A stretch of DNA of 28,149 nucleotides from Eledone cirrhosa (taxonomy: Eukaryota), in contig CAXHJY010000947.1 of NCBI GenBank assembly GCA_964016885.1, positions 1-28,149 of the forward strand. Direction: 5' to 3'. The notes under the pieces were generated by a model. It saw only the letters and a program-made list of their open reading frames with translations. It did not search any database and had not been told where the DNA came from. This document shows, piece after piece, positions 1 to 14,764 of the stretch. Every line of letters starts with the position of its first letter. The stretch's first letter is position 1. The translations under genes were made by a program, and so were the position numbers.

Positions 1-27
1 AATATATATATATAATATATATATATT

Positions 28-59
<32 letters not shown>

Positions 60-367
60 TTATTTATATATATATATGTATATATATATATATTATTTAT
101 ATATATATGTATATATATATATATATTATTTATATATATATGTATATATATATATATATTATTTATATATATATGTATATATATATATATATTATTTATA
201 TATATATGTATATATATATATATATTATTTATATATATATGTATATATATATATATATTATTTATATATATATGTATATATATATATATATTATTTATAT
301 ATATATGTATATATATATATATATATATATTATTTATATATATATGTATATATATATATATATTATT

Positions 368-398
<31 letters not shown>

Positions 399-429
399 TT
401 ATATATATATATATATATGTATATATATT

Positions 430-507
<78 letters not shown>

Positions 508-599
508 AATAATATATATATATATATATACATATATATATAAATAATATATATATATATATACATATATATATAAATAATATATATATATATATTATT

Positions 600-695
<96 letters not shown>

Positions 696-696
696 T
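1..696. repeat. Interrupted (TA)n array containing a 33-bp minisatellite
   Basis: G interruptions at 109,142,175,208,241,274,307 (period 33), each unit also carrying TTATTT. The unit appears reversed at about 505-590. Confidence 0.95.
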
Positions 697-1036
697 GTAG
701 ATAAATCTACCAAGAGTTTACGGTAGTGTCCAATCCGTATGAAGAACTCAATGTATTCCGGATATCATGGAAAGAAGAGATGTAATGAAAATCCACTTTC
801 GGTGAAAGATAAACGGTATACAGAGTCAAGATAAAATATTAAACAAATAATGAACAAACAATTCCTTATATTAAACAAAAAAAGTTCACTATTTAACGAT
901 CGTTTCTAGGGTATATATGTGTTATAATTGGTATGCATATTCAACAGATCTATGTACAAAATTATACAAAATTATACAAATTATCAAGATTAAATATACA
1001 TACCTAACACATATATACGCCGTCTTCAGAAATAAT
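697..1036 (-). mobile_element. Non-coding island, probable Penelope-like pLTR or retrozyme-like fragment
   Basis: Unique 340-bp segment between TA arrays that carries a hammerhead motif of the type associated with Penelope-like elements. No coding similarity recognised. Confidence 0.55.
888..1036 (-). ncRNA. Type I hammerhead ribozyme motif with long stem II
   Basis: Minus strand reads ATTATTT-CTGAAGA-[116-nt hairpin]-GAAA-CGATCG-TT-AAATAGT. Stem I is 7 bp with one G.U, stem III is the palindrome ACGATCGT, and the predicted cut follows GUU (895/894). The first stem II pair is a C-A mismatch. Confidence 0.8.
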
Positions 1037-1383
<347 letters not shown>

Positions 1384-1935
1384 GGTCGGGTCGTTGGCGA
1401 CTAAACTGGCAACCCCACCAAGGTTTCTTGGTGAGGAGGGTGACTTTGGACATCCTGCAGGACTAAAAACAAAACCTGTCAAAGGGCAAGGGAGCTCTTA
1501 AGACTCAATAGCCATCCAAAATCACCGGGAGAGATGACCCCTTAGCCTTTGTCAAGGCAGAATTCTAGGAGAAGGAAAACTCTGATATAACACCTGCAAC
1601 TCTGATGGTATCCAATGATGTTGACTTGTTCTTCTTTTTGGTAAATATCATCTTGGTTAAGAGAGTGGGACTGGCTTTGTGCAGTGCCTTTGCTCACTAT
1701 AAAAGCTTCACAGCACAGGCATTGCTTTATATCTGGAGATCTCTCTGCACTTGTCATCACATGGTACCATGGGCCCTGCACTATGTGTCAATAATGGTCA
1801 CAAGTGTAGTCTTTGTGCCAGAGTTTTCAAGTCGCTGGCTGGACTAAAAAGTCACATTCGTTCAGCGCATCGGTAGGGGTTCTCCTACATGGATATAAAG
1901 TAGTGGCCGTACTCGAAAACGAGTTGGCAGCCACC
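1384..1935 (+). mobile_element. Short non-autonomous RTE-derived retroelement (RTE-like 5' region joined to RTE 3' end)
   Basis: 1805-1876 encodes [23 protein letters not shown], similar to the last finger of the RTE at about 14500-14573 (CRCCARHFRSLAGLRSYIRSQRC*). There is a 3' stem-loop ACTCG-AAAA-CGAGT. The last 55 nt recur at 11191-11245. CTAGGAGAAGGAAAACTCTGAT near 1565 resembles RTE 5' UTRs (from memory). Confidence 0.7.
1769..1876 (+). CDS. Possible 35-aa mini-ORF with one intact C2H2 zinc finger (RTE ORF C-terminal remnant)
   Basis: ATG at 1769 gives [35 protein letters not shown], with exact C-x2-C-x12-H-x4-H spacing. No evidence of expression. Confidence 0.3.
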   Translation: MGPALCVNNGHKCSLCARVFKSLAGLKSHIRSAHR

Positions 1936-1952
1936 ATATATGTATATATATA

Positions 1953-1999
<47 letters not shown>

Positions 2000-2044
2000 G
2001 TATATATATATGTATGTATATATATGTATATATGTATATATATA

Positions 2045-2094
<50 letters not shown>

Positions 2095-2148
2095 TGTATG
2101 TATATATATATATATATATGTATGTATATATATATGTATGTATGTATG

Positions 2149-2179
<31 letters not shown>

Positions 2180-2314
2180 ATATATATGTATGTATATATA
2201 TATGTATATATGTATGTATATATATATATATGTATGTATATATATATGTATGTATATATATATGTATATATGTATATATATATATATATGTATGTATGTA
2301 TATATGTATATATG

Positions 2315-2347
<33 letters not shown>

Positions 2348-2573
2348 GTATGTATATATATATGTATATATGGATATATATGTATGTATGTATATATGTA
2401 TGTATGTATATATGTATGTATGTATATATGTATATATGTATATATATATATATATATATGTATGTATATATGTATATATATATATATATATATGTATGTA
2501 TATATATATGTATATATGTTTATATATGTATATATATATATATATATATGTATGTATATATATATGTATATAT

Positions 2574-2615
<42 letters not shown>

Positions 2616-2620
2616 TTTAT
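1936..2620. repeat. (TA)n/(TATG)n microsatellite directly following the RTE-derived element
   Basis: Directly visible. Confidence 0.95.
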
Positions 2621-2666
2621 ATATACGATATTAAACAAATGGAAACTATATTTATAAAACCATATT

Positions 2667-2733
2667 TATTTCATTATACAGATTTTGAGGGATACCATAT
2701 TAAAAATATGGCATGCCTTCGTCAAATAAAATA
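2667..2733 (-). pseudogene. Core-mutated copy of the 3479-3544 hammerhead
   Basis: Same stems, but the core reads TTGACGA and CAAAA instead of CTGACGA and GAAA. Confidence 0.7.
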
Positions 2734-3478
2734 CAATATATAAACAGTTTTATAAATAATTTTGACGTACCCTATTATAAGCGACCATTATATTTGGAAG
2801 CTGTCTGGATAGTGATTTGTTTATAATTATTTAGTTATAGTGTTAAGCACAGTTAGAAAAAAGACAGAGAGAAAGAAAAAACGGAGGTAAAGAAAAAACA
2901 GAGAGAGGGGAGGGGAAAAGAAGGAGAGAGAGAAAAAAAGAAAGATATATATAAATAGGTAGGAGGAAGTGAAAAAGAAACAAGAAAGAAATAAGAGAGG
3001 CAAACGAAAGCAACAGAGAGATAATAATTCATCATACATTTCCGTTTTTTCTTTATCTCCGTTTTTTCTTTCTCTCCGTCTTTTTTCTAACTGTGCTTAA
3101 CACTATAACTAAATAATTATTATCCTTCTCTCTCTATATAGTACTTCCTCTCTCTTGAGTTTCTCTATCTGTATGATGAATTATTATCTCTCTGTTGCTT
3201 TCGTTTGCCTCTCTTATTTCATTCTTGTTTCTTTTTCACTTCCTCCTATCTATTTATATATATCTTTCTTTTTTTCTCTCTCTCCTTCTTTTCCCCTCCC
3301 CCCTCTCTCTGTTTTTTCTTTACCTCCGTTTTTTCTCTCTCTCTCCGTCTTTTTTCTAACTGTGCTTAACACTATAACTAAATAATTATAAACAAATCAG
3401 TATCCAGGCAGCTTCCAAATATAATGGTCGCTTATAATAGGGTACGTCAAAATTATTTATAAAACTGTTTATATATTG

Positions 3479-3544
3479 TATTTTATCTGACGAAGGCATG
3501 CCATATTTTTAATATGGTATCCCTGAAATATGTATAATGAAATA
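3479..3544 (+). ncRNA. Type I hammerhead ribozyme motif
   Basis: TATTTTAT-CTGACGA-AGGCATGCCATATT/TTT/AATATGGTATCCCT-GAAA-TATGTA-TA-ATGAAATA. Stem I is 8 bp, stem II pairs 13 of 14 positions, stem III is self-complementary ATATGTAT, and the predicted cut follows AUA at 3536. Confidence 0.8.
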
Positions 3545-3676
3545 AATATGGTTTTATAAATATAGTTTCCATTTGTTTAATATCGTATATCTACTCCAAA
3601 AATTTGTCGAGTGGTTTATATCAGTTATAAAATATTTACTTGTTGTAACCCAACAATTTTAAATAAAACTTTTGCA

Positions 3677-3995
3677 TATATTCTTTATATATATATATAT
3701 AAATATATATTCTTTATATATATATATGTATATATATAAATAAATATTATGTATATATATATATAAATAAATATTATTTATATATATATATATAAATAAA
3801 TATTATTTATATATATATGTATATATATATATATATATAAATATATATTCTTATATGTATATATATATATATATATATAAGTATATATTCTTATATATAT
3901 ATATATATATATAAATATATATTCTTATATATATATATATATATATATATAAATATATATTCTTATATATATATATATATTTAAATATATATTCT

Positions 3996-4027
<32 letters not shown>

Positions 4028-4031
4028 AATA

Positions 4032-4062
<31 letters not shown>

Positions 4063-4099
4063 ATATATATTATTTATATATATATATATATATATTATT

Positions 4100-4135
<36 letters not shown>

Positions 4136-4306
4136 ATATATATTATTATATATATATATATATATATATATTATTTATATATATATATAAATATTATTTA
4201 TATATATATATATTATATATAATATATATATATATATATATAATATATATATATATATAATATATATATATAAATAATATATATATATATATATATATTA
4301 TATATA

Positions 4307-4348
<42 letters not shown>

Positions 4349-4799
4349 TATATAAATAATATATATATATATATATTATATATAAATAATATATATATAT
4401 ATATATAAATAATATATATATATTATATATAAATAATATATATATATATATAAATAATATATATATATTATATATAAATAATATATATATATATATAAAT
4501 AATATATATATATTATATATAAATAATATATATATATATATAAATAATATATATATATATATATAAATAATATATATATATATATATAAATAATATATAT
4601 ATATATATATAAATAATATATATATATCTATATAAATAATATATATATATATATATAAATAATATATATATATATATATAAATAATATATATATATATAA
4701 ATAATATATATATATATATTATATATAAATAATATATATATATATATATAAATAATATATATATATATATAAATAATATATATATATATATTATATATA

Positions 4800-4841
<42 letters not shown>

Positions 4842-5061
4842 TATATATATATATATATAAATAATATATATATATATATATAAATAATATATATATATAT
4901 ATAAATAATATATATATATATATATAAATAATATATATATATATATATAAATAATATATATATATATATAAATAATATATATATATATATATAAATAATA
5001 TATACATATATATATAATATATATAAAAATAATATATACATATATATATAATATATATATA

Positions 5062-5096
<35 letters not shown>

Positions 5097-5107
5097 ATAT
5101 ATATATA
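3677..5107. repeat. Interrupted (TA)n array (TTCTT, TTATTT and AAATAA interruptions)
   Basis: Directly visible. Confidence 0.95.
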
Positions 5108-5378
5108 TAACTTTGAACTTTGAATAACTTTGAAATGTTTTGGTTAGTATTGGCCCAGGCCATGTCTAACTTAATAGCACCACCTGGCGAAGTCTTTCAA
5201 TTCAGGATTTGGGCACCATGCCCCATTCGGAAAGAGAATTACTGTTTGTGGAGACATATCCGGGTGTGTGTGGTTTGTCCGGGATTACTTGGAGGAATGT
5301 CCAAAGTCCAAAGAAAGTCCAAAGACTTCTTGAATTTTGTATGGTCAGTTTCCGTTTTGACGTGTCCTGGTGTGATGT
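5108..5378 (-). mobile_element. 5'-truncated 3' end of the CR1-group LINE
   Basis: Reverse complement of 23937-24185 with scattered substitutions, an internal GTCCAAA triplication and an extra TTCAAAG tail unit. Confidence 0.95.
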
Positions 5379-8249
<2,871 letters not shown>

Positions 8250-8492
8250 TTGCTTTCAACAAACCACTGGTAAATGAAATAATTATCTTATGTTGCTTAT
8301 TACATAACTAATAAGCTCTGTAATTCCCATAGAGCACTCTTTTTCCCTTGACCTTTCCGACGGAATTACTTCATCTTTACAGCTCAAACCGGGATTGATT
8401 GAAGCATATTCTATATTACATATATGATTGGCACCTTCCAGCCCGATAAGTTGAGCACTCTACAGTTTTCAGGAATTTAACCAACATACACC

Positions 8493-10188
8493 ATGGACCT
8501 TTATGATTTGGATTATTCAATCAAAAATATATCTACTCCTTCCAACACAACTTATACCAAACTGCTTATAGATAAAATCGAACAAGTCGTTAAAAGAATG
8601 AGATGGAAGGCAATGGTTTACGATGGACTTTTCAGTGTTGATACAAATGATTGTTTGGACATAAAATCCCGTAAATACCCACATAGAATTAAAGACATGG
8701 CCAACTTCGAATTAGACCTAGTTAATTTAATTAGTGATATCAAATTTCGTAAGTACAACAATAACTTTCAAACCAAACTTTCTAACGATATCTCTTATTT
8801 TAAAAATTCTACAAACACCTTGGTCTTTCCGATAAAACTAAAAATCTCTTTGAAGTTAATAATATTTTGTATAACCAACTTTTAACCAATAGTATCACCT
8901 ACAAATATCAATTAACTAACAATAACACCTACAATACTATTAATAATGAAGCTAAAGAACAAGCTAGTTTTTTTTTAAATAGACAACCGGATTGAAAGCC
9001 TAGCTAAACGTAAAGTTATATTACCCTTAAAGACCACAAATTAGACTTTACTAATCGACCTAGTTGTAGACTGATTAACCCGGTTAAATCCGAAGTTGGC
9101 CTTGCAAGTAAAAAAATCTTAAGAAAAATAATTTTCTAAATTAGAACTAAGACTGACTCATCACAATGGTTAAATACATCCTCTGTTATTTCTTGGTTTA
9201 ATAATGTACAATGTAAAAATAAGTGTAGATTTACCCAATTCGATATTGTTGATTTTTACCCCTCTATTACTGTTTCCTTATTAAATAAGCCTTAGATTTT
9301 GCAAGACCTTTCATTAATATTTCTAAATTAGAAGAAAACATTATTTTTCATGCTAGGAAAACTCTACTCTTTACTAATGAAAGTATTTGGGTTAAAAAGT
9401 CAAGCCCTGAAAACTCTTTCGATGTTGCAATGGGTTCATATGATAGTGCGGATGTGTGTGACTTAGTAGGATTATTCCTTCTTCACACCCTTAAAGAGAA
9501 ATTTCCTTCCCATAATATCGGTTTATACCGTGACGACGGATTGGCAGTTTCTCATACCACCAACGGCCATAACCTTGATAAATTCCGTAAAGATTTAATC
9601 AATACTTTTTCTAATCTTAACCTTAAAAATACTATAGATACGAACCCTACCAATGCTAACTTTCTTGAGATTAATCTTGATCTACTTACTGCCTCTTTTA
9701 AACCTTATCATAAACCTAACGAGAATCTAAAATATATACACAAAGAGTCTTGCCATTCCCCTATAGTTTTTAAAAATCTTATTCCCAATATTAGTCGTAG
9801 GATTTCTACTTTATCTTCTTCTATAGACATTTTTAATAAAGCTGTCCCTTATTATAATAAAGCCCTTAATAACAATGGCTTTACAGAACAGATTACATAT
9901 TTACCTACCCCTCCCCTAAAACTAATCACAATAATAGTAAAAGGAAAATTATTTGGTTTGCACCCCGCTTCTCTCTAACTGTCAAAACTAATGTAGGAAG
10001 GAAATTCCTTGACCTCCTAGATAAGCATTTTCCCCCTAATCATGGATATTATAAGATATTTAATAGAATTTGTAGTTAAAATTAGTTACTCTTGCTGCCC
10101 ATCTATGAAGTCTAAAATCACCAACTCTAATCGTATGAGAATAAACTTAACTCCAAGACCGAGATCTTCAGATGTTGTCCTCACCTGA
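8493..10188 (+). mobile_element. Decayed Penelope-like retroelement reverse transcriptase (possibly Naiad clade)
   Basis: Across frameshifts and stops: KRMRWKA, DKTKNLF, TLKDHK, CRLINP, QFDIVDFYPSI, MGSYDSADVCDLVG, GLYRDDGL, YHKPN, KISYSC. The clade call is from memory of these motifs. Confidence 0.85.
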
Positions 10189-10221
10189 AATCACATCTGC
10201 TCTGTAACTGAATTGACATTC

Positions 10222-10288
10222 CTACGATGACTTAACCACCTTAAACTTCTTTGCTACGATGACTTAACCACATTGAACTTCTTCTTTG
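10222..10288 (+). repeat. Two-copy 32-bp direct repeat downstream of the Penelope ORF
   Basis: CTACGATGACTTAACCAC at 10222 and 10254. Confidence 0.9.
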
Positions 10289-10482
10289 CTCTTTACGCCT
10301 TACATCTACTACGACTTTTATTACTCTCTGAACTCACTTTCTGTACCCTTATTTTCTCTTTCTCCCTTATCTCCTCTTATTTTTTAACTTTTTCCCATGT
10401 TATTTATTTTCCTTATTCCCACCTACTCTCTACCTTATCCTTTACATACCCACCCCCTTTTGATTTTAGATATTAATTTTAC

Positions 10483-10739
10483 GTGTATGTATGTTGTCGT
10501 GTATATGTGTATATAAGTTTATGTATATATATATATATATATATATGTGCATATGTATGTATACATTTTTTATATATATGTGTGTGTGTATGTATGTGTA
10601 TATATGTGTGTGTGTGTGTGTGTTCATATGTGTGTGTGTGTGTATTTTTATTTATGTTGCGTTGTAACCCTTTGTACTTATGTGTGTGTGTATATTAGTG
10701 TGTGTGTGTATATATATACATATATATATATATACAAAC

Positions 10740-10771
<32 letters not shown>

Positions 10772-10873
10772 GTATATGTATAAGTATATGTATATATATT
10801 TGTATGTATATATATTTGTATGTAGTTGGTTGTGTGCGTGTGTGTGTGTATGTATGGTTGTGTATGTATATGC
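10483..10873. repeat. Mixed (TG)n/(TA)n microsatellite
   Basis: Directly visible. Confidence 0.9.
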
Positions 10874-11072
10874 ATAATTACATACAGAGTTTTTTAATGC
10901 TTACTTTTATTGATTAATTGCTCCAGGAACAGTTGAGTGCTCTTAATCAACTATAAACATTTATATCTTTATTTTTTATTTGTTGTATGCCCTACTATTT
11001 GAATACCCCTTCCTTCCCTTTATTTTTATTTATGTGTATATATGTGTATATGTATATATATATATATGTATA

Positions 11073-11120
<48 letters not shown>

Positions 11121-11190
11121 TAAAATTGAAAATAAATTTTTATGTATTTCTTTTATATATATATATACACACATATATACACATACACAT

Positions 11191-11245
11191 GGTGGCTGCC
11201 AACGCGTTTTCGAGTACGGCCACTACTTTATATCCATGTAGGAGA
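11191..11245 (-). mobile_element. 55-bp 3'-terminal fragment of the RTE-derived family
   Basis: 54/55 identical to the reverse complement of 1881-1935 and flanked by CA/TA repeats. Confidence 0.9.
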
Positions 11246-11477
11246 CAGACACACATACATACACACATATATATACACATATGCATACGTACTCACATAT
11301 AAAAGGATACATATGCACACACACAAATAAGAATAAATAATCATAGTAGGCCGTCACATACAAATAAGCAAATAAAAAAATAAGGATTAAGAAAATAAAA
11401 ATAAAAAATATTATGAAGTTGACAGCGATACAAGACGGCAAAATTTAAAATAAAAATAATAATAATAATAATAATAA

Positions 11478-11566
11478 TTGTTTCTACTTTAGGCACAAGG
11501 CCAGCAATTATCAGTGCATTACTGGTACTTTATTTCATCGACCCCGTAAGGATGAAAGGCAAAGTC
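11478..11566 (-). mobile_element. Truncated SINE 3' part with (ATT)n tail
   Basis: TTTCTACTTTAGGCACAAGGCC...ACTGGTACTTTATTTCATCGACCCCGTAAGGATGAAAGGCAAAGTC. A second copy lies at 18128-18195. It resembles a common octopus SINE (from memory); strand is inferred from the adjacent (AAT)n. Confidence 0.75.
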
Positions 11567-12045
11567 ATAATAATAATAATGTTTTCTTTATTAACCACAA
11601 GGGTTTACATAATGGGCATTTCTGCGTGTAAAAAAACAAAAACAGAGGATGTAACAAAAAAATAATAATGAAAAATTCCCCAATGGGGAGGGGGGAAACT
11701 TCCGAGGGACATTTGTGTAGAAAGCCCATTAAAAGGCCACATTGACCCTGACCACCAGGGCAAGTGCCCTCTCCCAGTTTTCCACCTTTAATTTACAGAC
11801 ACATACTCAGAGTAGGCCCATTCACTCGGGCCATACTTGCTTCTCTCACCCATCTTTCAACAAAATGCTGGGAAGAGAGCACTTCCCTCTCTACCCTGAT
11901 TTTCCTTTTCAAATTAAATTTGAAAAAGTTAATCAGGGCATCACCGAAGAGGTAAGTGCTCGTCTTCAGCCCTTTCAAACGTGTCAACCATACTATCTCT
12001 TTCGAATAATAAATGACCAAACACACGTGGTAAGCAAATGCACAA
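11567..12045 (-). mobile_element. 3' fragment of an L1/Tx1-like LINE
   Basis: Minus frame KEIVWLTRLKGLKT...INFFKFNLKRKIRVEREVLS...FVERWV resembles Tx1 ORF2 C-termini. It is followed by a 3' UTR, AATAAA (11592-11587) and an (ATT)n tail. Confidence 0.65.
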
Positions 12046-12054
12046 AAAAAATAA

Positions 12055-12560
12055 ATATATATATATATATATAGAAATATATATATATATATATACACAC
12101 ATATATATATATATGTGTATACATACACACACACACATATATATACATATACACACACACATATACACACACACACATACGCATACATATAAATATACAA
12201 TCACCCCCCATACATATAAACACAGCACAGACACAAAAGAGTATATACATACAAATATATATACACGGACACATAAATGCACATAACCACATACACACAT
12301 ATAGTGTAAAAATTTCTTAAAGATAAAAACACAAATATAAAAACTATAAAGTTACATACACACATACGCATAAGTACGTACACACGCACGCACATACACA
12401 CACACATATATAAATATATATACACATACATATATATATATGTAAATACATATACATATATATATATATACACACACATATACACACCTACACACATACA
12501 CACACACATATATATATATATATATACACACATACATACATACACACATATACACATATA
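12055..12560. repeat. (CA)n/(TA)n mixed microsatellite
   Basis: Directly visible. Confidence 0.9.
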
Positions 12561-14733
12561 TGAAAGTAGCTCTCGTCTCCTGTGAAAGTAGCTCTCGCAG
12601 AACCTCCGACACTTGTGGAGGTTGCAGTGGCTATCTCGAAGCTGAACAGTGGAAGGTCTCCAGGTATGGATGGCATACATGCTGAGCTCCTACAATAAGG
12701 TGGTGAGAGACTCCTGCAACATTTTCACTCTTTGTTTGGCAGGATATAGGCTAATGAATCCGTACCTGAGGACTGGAGAGATGCAGTAGTGGTGGTCTTG
12801 TACAAGGGAAAGGGTAACAGGAATGATTGTGGGAACTACAGAGGTATATCATTGCTTTCTGTCGTAGGGAAAGTTTTATGTAGAGTGCTTCTGGGCCGTC
12901 TGCTGACATACATTGCAGATTGTGTTCTTCCTGAAAGTCAATCTGGTTTTCGTGCTGGACGCGGCACTACTGATATGATCTTCTCAGCTAGACAGCTCCA
13001 GGAGAAGTGCATGGAACAAGGTTTGGATCTGTATCAGGTTTTTGTCGATCTGACAAAATCTTTCGATACTGTTAACAGAAATGCATTATGGAAGGTTCTT
13101 CAGAAACTTGGTTGCCCTGATAAGTTCCTTGCTTTAGTTAGGTCTTTCCATGACGACATGAAGGCTTGGGTTAATATCGGAGATAACATGTCGGAGCCTA
13201 TCTCAGTAAAAAATGGAGTGAAACAGGGGGATATTCCAGCACCGACCCTGTTTGCCATATACTTTGCAATGGTTTTCTGTATTGCATTCAGGAATTGCGA
13301 GCATGGTGTTTACATCCGATATCGAACCTCAGGCAGCATATTTAATATCAGGCGATTTGCTGCAAAGACAAAAGTATTTACATCAATCATAAGAGACATC
13401 TTGTATGCAGATGATTGCGATCTTGTAGCGCACACAGAGAGTGATATGCAGCACATTTTGAATGCATTTTCTGACGCTTGCACTGCCCTAGGATTGACTG
13501 TCAGTCTCAAGAAAACCGTCGTCATGTACCAACCTGGCCCTGGTAAGCAGTACACTGAACCAAATATCTATGTGTATGGTAAACGACTTGGAGTGGTTGA
13601 TCAGTTTGTCTACCTGGGAAGCATTGTCAATCGATACAGCAACCTTGACAGTGAAATCTCACTTAGGATTAGGAAAGCAAGTGATGCTTTCGGAAAGCTA
13701 GAAAGACGACTCTGAGGTCGGCGAAACATATGCAGGAGGACAAAGGTAAATGTGTACAAGGCATATGTGCTCTCTTGTCTTCTTTATGCTTGCAAGACCT
13801 GGGTCACATATCGACACCACCTTAAGCAATTGGAGCGTTTCTATCAGATGTGTCTCAGACGGATCCATGGCGTTCACTGGAGGGACCACATCAGTGATGT
13901 CGAGATTTTGGAAAGCTCTATGTGTGACAGTGTAGAAGCTCTTGTGCTTAAGCAACGACTCCGTTGGAGTGGTCACCTTGCCAGGATGAAGGATTCTAGA
14001 ATACTAAAACAACTCTTTTATGGAGAGTTGGTTAAAGGAAAACGACCGCCACATAAACCAAAAAAGAGGTATAAGGATTCCTTGAAAGCCGCTAACATCT
14101 CTGCTGATACATGGGAAAATATTGCTGCTGATCGTAATAAATGGAGAAAGACTGTATATGAGGGAAAAGTTGCCTTTGAGGCATCTCGAATCGCATACGA
14201 GAAAGTAAAGCGGGATGTGAGGAACGGCATTGCTGTTGCACTTCCAGACGGCGAGGGTCCTCCTATGGTGCTGACATGCAGCGTCTGTGCGAGACTCTGC
14301 CTAAGCAAAGCTGGACTCGAAAGTCATCTTCGAAGTCATAAAGTAAGACCAGTGGTTGACTACCAGGCTGCTGTTGGAGATGCTACTCATCATGCTAGCC
14401 AAGCATGTGGTAGAGAATGTAAATCAGCAGGCGGGCTCAAGCGACATGCAAAAGTACATGAACTCCAACCACAGCCGGCTATTCCCAGTGAATGTTTTGG
14501 TTGCCGATGCTGTGCAAGACATTTTAGATCATTGGCTGGGCTAAGAAGCTACATTCGATCGCAGCGCTGTTAGTTGCTATCGTGTGTGTGCGTGTGTAGA
14601 TATGTTTATATGTGTGCGTGTGTGTGTATATATATATGTATATGTATATCATTAATGTTGTTGTGTCGTTATTATTATTGTTGTTATTATTATTATTATT
14701 ATTGTTATTAATGTATATGTGTGTATATATATA

Positions 14734-14764
<31 letters not shown>

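Larger units (their letters stand above)
2621..3590. repeat. Long inverted repeat, arms 2621-3038 and 3170-3590, 131-bp spacer
   Basis: The arms are reverse complements with scattered differences (ATATACGATATTAAACAAATGG ... CCATTTGTTTAATATCGTATAT). Spacer 3058-3120 is a direct copy of about 3325-3389. Confidence 0.95.
2621..3676 (+). mobile_element. Penelope-like pLTR with an inverted partial copy at its 5' side
   Basis: Pyrimidine-rich tract, then a hammerhead, then AATAAA (3541). An adjacent inverted pLTR copy is an established Penelope insertion pattern. Confidence 0.65.

Noticed and set aside
1384-1600. HDV-like ribozyme expected at an RTE 5' end
   Set aside because: Hairpins are present but I could not build the nested double pseudoknot by eye; left uncalled.
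10140-10175. CTGAAGA on the minus strand
   Set aside because: No following stem II-GAAA-UH, and it lies antisense within coding sequence.
10915-10970. Hairpin AGTTGA...TCAACT downstream of the Penelope ORF as a decayed hammerhead
   Set aside because: No CTGANGA or GAAA core at the right positions.
13713-13715. In-frame TGA as selenocysteine or programmed readthrough (also considered for 10186)
   Set aside because: The position corresponds to a usual Trp (RLW) and the element has other stops. At 10186 no recognisable domain follows.
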